A stretch of 64,000 nt of DNA from Perkinsela sp. CCAP 1560/9 (lineage: Eukaryota > Protista > Euglenozoa: Kinetoplastea). The notes under the pieces are model-generated. The model was given only the letters and a program-made list of their open reading frames with translations, was not told the DNA's origin and ran no database searches. Positions 42,122 through 50,003 of the stretch are shown here, piece by piece. The first letter of the stretch is position 1. Every line of letters begins with the position of its first letter. A program made the position numbers and the translations under genes. Location: positions 434,001 to 498,000 of the forward strand of contig CBFFSA010000005.1 in NCBI GenBank assembly GCA_965644495.1, written 5' to 3'.

Positions 42122-43252
42122 GCACTTCGCACTCTTCACCTCTCCCCGGCTCGCTCTCTTCGAGTGAGCTTTCTTCCCTCCCCGGCTCTCTACTTCTCGT
42201 GCTTTCTTCTCCCGGGAGCTATGCGCCATGGTGGCCTCCCTTGAGGACCACTGGGCGTGCTACAGCGGGAGGACACGTTGTATGCGTGTATAGGGGATGC
42301 GAACTTGCACCCCTCTCTCCCTACATGCTGTAGCGAGTGCGGCGGTAACGGACCTCCCCATGATGCATCATGATCCACGATAGACCATCTGACAGCATGA
42401 ACCCACGGCTTGACCGTGTTGCAGCATGAACCATGGCTATACGTGCTGTAGCATGACCGATGGGCGACTCGTCTCCTACCTCGCACTCCACTCTCTGTGT
42501 GACACCCGTCGTATGCGGGTCATGCGCTGATGGTATCGGCCGTCACACAGAGAGACGTATCTCTGCGCCACGAGCGTATGATCATAACCTTGGGCGGAAA
42601 CGGCTTTGAAGGCAAAATCAAAATTGACAATTTATCTAGCAGGTTACAATCTCTCCGACTCAATGACACCCATTTAAGTGGTACTATAGATGTTAAAAAA
42701 TTACCAGCATCATTATCCAAGCTCAATATTCAAAACTCAAGTTTATTATTGCTTCACGAAAAGTAACCTCATCGCTAACTGATTCATCTCAATCAGGATT
42801 CTCAGAGTCGTAGCGCAGCAAAGGTACTATAGATTCTGCATACGGTATTGCCAAGCTTGAACTCTGTCATTGTGGGTTTTACTAAGTTTTACGGATTGCA
42901 GCGCAACGTTGACCTACTTGTACTTGCAAAACGTTTTTCCTCTTGAAGTGCTCTGCTCCCTCAACGGATTCCCACAAAAAGTGCCAACAAGTTATGAAAG
43001 GGCCAATATAAAGAATACGAAAGAGGGAGTAGCCTTAAAGAAAATCATATGGAATAGGTTCGGACAGCTTGAACTTTACTTACGATGTCAGCAGTAATCA
43101 TGCTTTATATTTTTGGTAAACGTTCTAAAAATGTTTCGGTTCCTATTTATGGTAAAATTGCATGGTAAATTCGACATTCCTGCACCTCAATCAATGGACA
43201 AGATAAAAACTCCTCTCTAATCCGCACGAGGCAGAATTCCACGTGCACTTAC

Positions 43253-44599
43253 ATGCCCCATCGCGTGGCCCTGGTCTCCGACTTTTTTCACCCCGGATTT
43301 GGAGGGGTGGAAATTCACATCTACAACGTGGCACAGTGTCTCCTACGTCGCGGACATAAGGTCATTGTCATTACCCGGTCCTACGGCGCCTCCTATACCG
43401 GTGTCCGTTGGCTCACCGGCGGTCTCAAGGTGTACTACCTCCCCTTTATTGGGGTACGCGTCCCCCCCGGTACCGTCACCCTACCAACGCTGTTTGCCAA
43501 CTTACCCGTACTCCGCTGTATATTTCTCCGAGAGCGGGTGGAGATTGTCCACGGTCACCAAACCACCAGCACCCTGTGCCACGAAGCCCTTCTCCATGCC
43601 CTCACCATGGGACTCCGGGTGTGTTTCACCGACCACTCCCTGTTCGGGTTCGCGGACAGTGCCTCGATCCACATTAACAAAGTACTGGAGTGGTCCCTGC
43701 GTTGTATGCACCAAGTGATCTGTGTCAGCCACACCTCCCGGGAGAACACCGTGCTACGGGCGAAGATCTCCCCCGAGACGGTCAGTGTGATTCCCAATGC
43801 CGTGGACACCACGGGGTTTGCCCCGCCGGTCGCTATGAAGGGACTGCCCTGGGGCACCGTACTGCGTGGGGGCCCGCCCACGGTTGTGGTACTCACCCGG
43901 TTGGTGTACCGCAAAGGGGTGGACCTCCTGGTGGATGTGATCCCGGGGTTGTGTGCGCGACACCCCGGACTACGCTTTGTGATTGGTGGGGATGGACCAC
44001 GCCGGCTGCAGTTGGTGCAAATGATTGAACGGCACGCTTTGTTTGATCGCGTGGAAATGCTCGGGGCGCTGGAACATTCACAAATTAAGAGCACACTTAA
44101 CCGCGGACAGATTTTTTTGAATTGTTCGCTCACGGAGGCGTTCTGCATTGCCATACTAGAGGCGGCGGCGTGTGGACTGCTGGCCGTGTCCACAAGAGTT
44201 GGTGGGGTTCCCGAGGTGCTCCCACCCTCAATGCTTTACCTTGCCGAACCCGATCCCGCTTCCCTGATTGCAGCCTTAGAAAGGGCCATTGCGAGAGTGC
44301 CTTACGTGTCTCCGTGGAGCTTTCATGAATCTGTGTCTTCGTTTTATTCGTGGCGTAGCGTGGCAGAGCGTACAGAGAAGATTTATAAACAAATTTCTAG
44401 TGTCGACTGTCCCGCTCTCAGACTTTCTGAACGTATTCGCAGATACGTAAAAATTGGCCCTGTATATGGGCTGTTGTGTGTTGCCATAGCGGTTGTTGAT
44501 TGGGTTCTTCTGCAGTTCCTTATTATTTTTTATCCAAAAGAAGACATGGACATGGCCTTAGACCTTCAAAAAAGAGATGAAGTCATATTGGGAAAATAA
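43253..44599 (+). CDS. PIGA: GPI-GlcNAc transferase catalytic subunit PIG-A/GPI3
   Basis: VSDFFHP..GGVE.HIY, GHKVIVIT, GLKVYYLP, FTDHSLFGFAD, ICVSHTSRENTVLRA, RLVYRKG.DLL, SLTEAFCIAILEAA, VSTRVGGVPEVLP. Confidence 0.97.
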   Translation: MPHRVALVSDFFHPGFGGVEIHIYNVAQCLLRRGHKVIVITRSYGASYTGVRWLTGGLKVYYLPFIGVRVPPGTVTLPTLFANLPVLRCIFLRERVEIVHGHQTTSTLCHEALLHALTMGLRVCFTDHSLFGFADSASIHINKVLEWSLRCMHQVICVSHTSRENTVLRAKISPETVSVIPNAVDTTGFAPPVAMKGLPWGTVLRGGPPTVVVLTRLVYRKGVDLLVDVIPGLCARHPGLRFVIGGDGPRRLQLVQMIERHALFDRVEMLGALEHSQIKSTLNRGQIFLNCSLTEAFCIAILEAAACGLLAVSTRVGGVPEVLPPSMLYLAEPDPASLIAALERAIARVPYVSPWSFHESVSSFYSWRSVAERTEKIYKQISSVDCPALRLSERIRRYVKIGPVYGLLCVAIAVVDWVLLQFLIIFYPKEDMDMALDLQKRDEVILGK

Positions 44600-44745
44600 T
44601 TTTTGGTGGGTCTATTCAATTTATTTCACGTTAGATTATTTTTAGTCCGGTCTTCTATTGTTCCATCTTGTAGTGGAAAAGAGCCGCTGTTTTTAGCAAC
44701 AACAGCTAGGAGTAGAAAAACAAATTTAATCTTTCATCCTGTAAG

Positions 44746-45639
44746 ATGACCTGTCAGATTCGGTGCCAAGACGATGTTTCTCAAAACAAAAGGTACTCCG
44801 CACAAGCTTCGTCAAGTAATGAATTTTCAATTCCTTCTTCCCGTGCAGCAAAGGTTCGAGGTGCACAATTACCTTCTCAATATCTTCTTGTGCGATTTGT
44901 TAGCAACATTACTGGTCAGGATATCACATGGAATTCCGATGCTGATGCTTGCACCTGGAAAGGTGTACATTGTAATGGGGATTTTGAAGTTAAATACGTA
45001 TTGTGGCCAGACTTTAATCTCCATGGTACACCATGTTGGAAGTATCTTCCTTCCACCACTCGGACAGTAGATCTTAGCAATGTGATGGTGCATGATACAA
45101 TGAATATTCTGGAGGGATCAGTTCCGCTATATGAACTTCCACATGCCATGGAAATTCTTGTTCTACGCAAAAATAAGTTTTCTAATGAACTTGATCTTTC
45201 TCATATGCCTCGCACTATGCTAACTCTTGACGTGTTGAGCAACTGTTTAGAAGGTAGTGCGGAATTAGAGCAACTCCCTGGTACAATGTCCTTTCTAAAT
45301 CTTTCAAGAAATCAAATGAGCGGATCTCTCCAAATCGATTTACTTCCTTCTTCAATGAAGGAGCTCTATGTCTCACATAATTTGTTTTCGGGAAATGTGG
45401 TTCTCACAAGCTTACCCTCTCGCCTGACTGTATTGTGTCTAGAAGCGAACCGTCTTCACGGATCTATCGATTTAAGTTGTCTTCCTAAATGCATAATAAT
45501 GATTACTTTGGACGAAAATCATTTTTCTGGTCATGTAGATCTGACCACTCTTCCTAGGAGTTTAAAAATAGTGCGGCTTGGGGGAAATTCTATATCTTCG
45601 TATACCCCTGTCCCTGCTCCCATATGCGTGCAAATATAG
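44746..45639 (+). CDS. Leucine-rich repeat protein (plant-like N-cap, 23-aa LRRs)
   Basis: ACTWKGVHC cap; repeats LPxxLxxLxLxxNxFSGxVDLxx; no signal peptide or TM segment evident. Confidence 0.9.
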   Translation: MTCQIRCQDDVSQNKRYSAQASSSNEFSIPSSRAAKVRGAQLPSQYLLVRFVSNITGQDITWNSDADACTWKGVHCNGDFEVKYVLWPDFNLHGTPCWKYLPSTTRTVDLSNVMVHDTMNILEGSVPLYELPHAMEILVLRKNKFSNELDLSHMPRTMLTLDVLSNCLEGSAELEQLPGTMSFLNLSRNQMSGSLQIDLLPSSMKELYVSHNLFSGNVVLTSLPSRLTVLCLEANRLHGSIDLSCLPKCIIMITLDENHFSGHVDLTTLPRSLKIVRLGGNSISSYTPVPAPICVQI

Positions 45640-45756
45640 TATTTCATTCTACCTGTCTTAAAACGCTGGGCTGCACATTGCGTGCTATCTATATCAATCC
45701 TATGCGAATACCATACCAATATATACCAGTACTATTACATTATACTACATATTACA

Positions 45757-45798
45757 GAGGCAGTAGCCACGTACTACGAGGCAGTAACCACGTACTAC
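45757..45798. repeat. 21-bp two-copy tandem duplication
   Basis: GAGGCAGTAGCCACGTACTAC GAGGCAGTAACCACGTACTAC. Confidence 0.85.
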
Positions 45799-46032
45799 CT
45801 TCCACCATTTAGCTATAGCACTACGTTTGCCTCGAGACCATTCGGGATACATTCATTGGAATATGGTAATGAAAGTTTCAATGAAAAAGTCGTCGTTCGA
45901 CCGCATAGGTTTCCCTCAGTTATTTAATACGTTTGAATTCGTAAGAAACGTTGATGTTAACGTTTTTTTTCGAACACAGTAAAAGTTGCGTAGCATCTGT
46001 TGATATATTCTTCTTCTTACTTCTTACTTCCT

Positions 46033-47475
46033 ATGACCGAGTCCTCTCGCAAGAAACCTTCCCCGACGATTGTAAATCGCCAAGACGGAGCCGCACACGG
46101 ACGCATGACACGCGATGCCGGCGCCTCTCTCCACTCTCGTCTTCTCCGGTCCAGCACCAAGAGTCTCTCCCCGGTACGCGACACCAGCTCTTTTCGCGCC
46201 TCCTCCCCTGAAGATGTGAGACAAGTGGCTCGCATCACCACACGATCCATGACACGCTCTCGGCTGGATGATGTCACCCTCCTACGCAAAGTCAACAAAG
46301 TGCTTGAATACGAAGACAAGCACACAAAGGCAACACAAAAACTTCCCCCTCCCACAAAGCCGGGCTCTAAAACAACGAAACCAGGAAAATCAGAATTGGT
46401 TGTCGGCAAGCCCCTAAAAGAAACCACCGGAAAAAAACTGCACGAAAGTACGGTGAAGAAATCAACGGCAAAGTTAGAAAACGGTCGACGGGAAAAGAAA
46501 GAGGACACGGGCAAGACACAGGATAGGAAAGTCTCGCCTACGGTCAAGCCTTCGGCGGTAGTCAAGCCTTCGACACCTTCAAAAGCACTTGATTTCAGCC
46601 CTATAGGTCGTATGGGTCGAGGAAGCCGTGTTGAGATTGATATCCCGGGGGTTCTGGTCGGAACCGGAAAGCGTAGTAACCCTCTTCGAATCCCTTTGCG
46701 AGAGTCCCCGAATGGTAGTGCGTGCTACCATTGCCCTATGGGTATTGAAGTGTGTGATTGTGTCGAGATGAAAGAGTTGATTTGGCGACATTTAAAGGGA
46801 ACGGGAAAATCTCGTGTGAGCGGACTGCGTATACTCAACGCAAAGAGTATTCTTCCGAACTTTGTTTCTCGGCTGATTCGGTTATTGAAGGTTTCTTCTT
46901 CAGACGTGTTCTGGGATCTTGGCAGTGGACATGGAAGTGTCGTTATGCAAGTTGCATTGCAAACAGGGGCGGACGCTATCGGGGTGGAAATTCAACGTCC
47001 CAACGTGGAGCTCGCAGAAGTCGCTTGGCCTAAAATACGAGCTGAGTGGGTCAAGAGGTATCCTGACCGGAAGGTAGGAAACGTAACGTTTCTTGCGGAA
47101 GATATGATTGCTGTTCTTCGTCGTTCCATTAGCCCTAAAGATAAGACAGCCCCAAAGGCTCCCACGGCGGTGTGGGCCGCGAATCTTCTATTTGGCAGTA
47201 TGTTGAATTATCGCATGAGTGAAGTCCTGCCTCAGGTACCCTCACTTCGTGGAGTGGCGACCATGACAGACGTTTATCCGCACGAACGCATGCTTGCTCG
47301 TTTGCGTAACCCTGTACCTTACAACCGCTTCCCAGTCATGCGTAATCATCTATGGCAGCCGGGCTCAGTAGAGTGGAGTGAGACGGAAGTCTTACCCTTT
47401 TATACGTACCAGGAAAAAGAAAAAAAGGTAAAGACTGAAACAGGCCAAAAAGAAGAGCAAGAAGAGGTGCTGTAA
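46033..47475 (+). CDS. DOT1: DOT1-family histone H3 lysine methyltransferase (kinetoplastid DOT1A/B type)
   Basis: SPNGSACYHC....CDC cluster, NAKSILP (CAKS-type motif), DVFWDLGSGHGSVVMQVA..TGA.AIGVEI, VWAANLLF; ATG at 46033; long basic N-terminal extension. Confidence 0.9.
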   Translation: MTESSRKKPSPTIVNRQDGAAHGRMTRDAGASLHSRLLRSSTKSLSPVRDTSSFRASSPEDVRQVARITTRSMTRSRLDDVTLLRKVNKVLEYEDKHTKATQKLPPPTKPGSKTTKPGKSELVVGKPLKETTGKKLHESTVKKSTAKLENGRREKKEDTGKTQDRKVSPTVKPSAVVKPSTPSKALDFSPIGRMGRGSRVEIDIPGVLVGTGKRSNPLRIPLRESPNGSACYHCPMGIEVCDCVEMKELIWRHLKGTGKSRVSGLRILNAKSILPNFVSRLIRLLKVSSSDVFWDLGSGHGSVVMQVALQTGADAIGVEIQRPNVELAEVAWPKIRAEWVKRYPDRKVGNVTFLAEDMIAVLRRSISPKDKTAPKAPTAVWAANLLFGSMLNYRMSEVLPQVPSLRGVATMTDVYPHERMLARLRNPVPYNRFPVMRNHLWQPGSVEWSETEVLPFYTYQEKEKKVKTETGQKEEQEEVL

Positions 47476-47859
47476 GAGGAATAGAGTATATCGTTGGTTT
47501 TTATTGTTTTACAGCGATGTCTTTTTCGCTGAACGTTATTTTTTTCTCGTTCGAGAATCTTGGTTTTAGATTTGTTTTAGTTTTCTTAGAGTAGGTTTTA
47601 GAGTATGATCTTACTACCGTCGTCCAGTGGATGGGAAATAAATAAATTTCTTTCTATGGATTCTTGAATTTTGTATGCACAGCTAGGTGCATCTTACACG
47701 AAAAACGCAGAGTAGTAAAAACAATTCTTGCATGCACATCGCTTGAATTTGTTTGGTATGTGTAAACTTTCTTTTAAAAAAAATGAAACTGTAATTAGAA
47801 AATCTTCTAATTAATTTTCAATGTGTGTATTTGATTAATGGCAATGTATTTAGCACAAA

Positions 47860-49269
47860 ATGAATAGTTTACCCGACCTTCCTGACTCGCTAACTCGCAT
47901 CAGTTCAAGTTCTACTTCCGAGAACTCGCAATCTACTTATCCATCTGACCAAGAAAAGAGCAGTCAGAAGCTGCAAAGTAGAACCTCGGATAGTTTCATT
48001 GGATCTAAAAAGCAAAGGCTTTCGTCTGCTGAATGTTCAACGGAAAGTGTAACCCCTTTTCTATTGGCCGAAAAATCCAACTCTTTGCGTTCTGAAGAGG
48101 AAGCACTCGAGATTCCACTGGGTCAACCATTATTGAAGCGTAAAGATGGGGACATTTCGCCTTACCTCTCATCTGAATCAAATCTTCGAAATGATCGTAA
48201 TACTTTTCCTAGCGTATCGAATCCTCCCGCTATGCAGCACTCTGGAGCTGGCATTATTTCCATCGAAAATAACCTACGTGTTGAGATTCGATCGCTTCAG
48301 GATGCGGTAAACAGTCTTCAGCTAGAGTGTGTCGTACTACGTTTGTTAGCAAAAGAATATCTCAAGGCTGATTCAAGATCAGAATCGGGTGAGAATAAAA
48401 ATTATCTTCTTAAATGTGTTTTAGAAAACGCCCCTTCTGCCTTAGAAAAATCTCTATCTCGAACCTACGAGGCAGAAAAGAAATACTTGAAACTCGAAGC
48501 ACGGGTTTTGGAACAAGATAACCTTCTTTCTCAACAGCAGTTGCACCTCCAAGAAAGAGAGTCTGTCTTTCATTTAGAGCTGCAATCGGCGAATAAACAA
48601 ATAAACGCTATGAAACAGAAGCATAACACAATGGCAATGGAACAAGAAAACGAAATCAATGCCATGAAACTTGAAAGACAACAAATGCATACTCGATATT
48701 CTGAAATTACTCAAGAACTGAATGCACTTCGACAAAATCTTAAATCGAAAAAAGAGGCAACAAAAGATGCCGATGCAGCTTTCCGTTGCTTTGCCGCGAC
48801 TGGATTCGACGAGAGTTGTGATATTGGAAAAATTGCGTCTCACCTCACCTTCCTATCCAGCGTGATTTCAATGGCAAAAGAGGTCAGTTTGGAGCTTTCA
48901 CATAATGGATCGCTTTCTAGTCGAGTAACTCACCTTATCGTGCCTCAAGGACACGTAAGGAGGGTGACCATGAAGGTATTACACGCTCTGGTAACTGGAA
49001 TTTGGGTTTTACCAAGCGCGTACTTGGAAGCCTGCGTTGAACATCGATGTTGGGTCGGCGAAAGGGAGTATGGTACGCGATATGCTCCTCCGCCCTTTCT
49101 GGATAAACGCATTTGCGTCTCCCTGCGGGGACGTCATGAATCCACAGCTCTCGATATCGTAAATCGGGGTGGCGGTATATTAGTGAGCGATCCCTCGCTT
49201 GCAGAGTATGTATTAAACGATTGGAAAATTTTCACACGTGATCTTCTAGAAGGTCGATTCAAGTGCTAA
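47860..49269 (+). CDS. KKT4: Coiled-coil plus C-terminal BRCT protein, KKT4-like kinetochore component
   Basis: Disordered N-terminus, long coiled coil, BRCT VTHLIV...TMKVLHALVTGIWVLPSAYL...WV.E..YGTRYAPPPF...IVNRGGG, recalling the KKT4 BRCT (RY.PPP linker). Assignment from memory. Confidence 0.55.
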   Translation: MNSLPDLPDSLTRISSSSTSENSQSTYPSDQEKSSQKLQSRTSDSFIGSKKQRLSSAECSTESVTPFLLAEKSNSLRSEEEALEIPLGQPLLKRKDGDISPYLSSESNLRNDRNTFPSVSNPPAMQHSGAGIISIENNLRVEIRSLQDAVNSLQLECVVLRLLAKEYLKADSRSESGENKNYLLKCVLENAPSALEKSLSRTYEAEKKYLKLEARVLEQDNLLSQQQLHLQERESVFHLELQSANKQINAMKQKHNTMAMEQENEINAMKLERQQMHTRYSEITQELNALRQNLKSKKEATKDADAAFRCFAATGFDESCDIGKIASHLTFLSSVISMAKEVSLELSHNGSLSSRVTHLIVPQGHVRRVTMKVLHALVTGIWVLPSAYLEACVEHRCWVGEREYGTRYAPPPFLDKRICVSLRGRHESTALDIVNRGGGILVSDPSLAEYVLNDWKIFTRDLLEGRFKC

Positions 49270-50003
49270 GTCGCATATCCCACTACGCTTTCTACTGTAC
49301 TGACCTCCAACTTGGGGATCCAATCTTTTGGTCTTGTAGAAGTCTTTCTAGTACTGGCACTCCAGTAATTTAGTACAGGAACTCTACTTACTCGCATGTA
49401 CTCGCCAAATCGTATGTACACGCCGTACTCGCTAAGGTATGCACTTAAGAATAGTGAAACTTTCCTTACTTTCATTATTAAAGTAATATTAGAAGGCACT
49501 TAAGTGTTAAAAGATCGATGGACGCTTGAATGTCTGTTGTAGGCTTCTCAAAAACTCGATTCAATCCAATGTAGATATGCTTTGCTTTGCTCAAACAAAG
49601 GCTCTTATCACGCGCTCTTGTCTTGTCTTTCATGTTCAGCCTTTTGCCTTTCGAAATCCTCACAGAAACTTCGATAGATTTGGGACAAAATGTGGCACTT
49701 TTTCTCAGAGGCGGCCTTGGAATTTCTAGTGACCGGGTAGGCTGGGTATCCGGTGAAGAGAACCGTATTAAGCTATCTCTCTCAAACTTCTGAATGGCAA
49801 GTTCGAATTATTGAGAATTTATTGATCACCTTTTCTTACAATCATGCATTTACAAAACTCAATTAATTTAATAGTACGGATTGTACGGCAGTACAGCATG
49901 CAATTGTACATACAACATGTTCCGCGTATTTTATTTATGTTCCAACGTGTACAGTATTCTCCTTTGCCTTTGATTCCATACGTACACTGTATTTACTCAC
50001 AGT

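Larger units (their letters stand above)
41390..42586 (+). mobile_element. Tandem dimer of a non-coding, highly structured element with spliced-leader-like 5' end, inserted precisely into an LRR gene
   Basis: Unit 1 41407-41979, unit 2 41980-42586; shared 5' ~285 nt and 3' structural module; removal restores a perfect 23-aa LRR; no TSD. Confidence 0.75.
40868..42766 (+). pseudogene. LRR-family pseudogene with in-frame stop and 1.2-kb insertion
   Basis: Same N-cap (W...ACSWHRVKC...W...L.G.L.W..LP) and 23-aa LRRs as 44746 and 58336; in-frame TAA at 41225-27; LRR LPSTLVHL|TLGGNGFEG split by the insertion 41390-42586; decays after about 42740. Confidence 0.85.

Noticed and set aside
41500-42486. 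Short ORFs on both strands within the structured insert
   Set aside because: Frames are not conserved between the two units (indels) and have no recognisable motifs; by-products of high GC.
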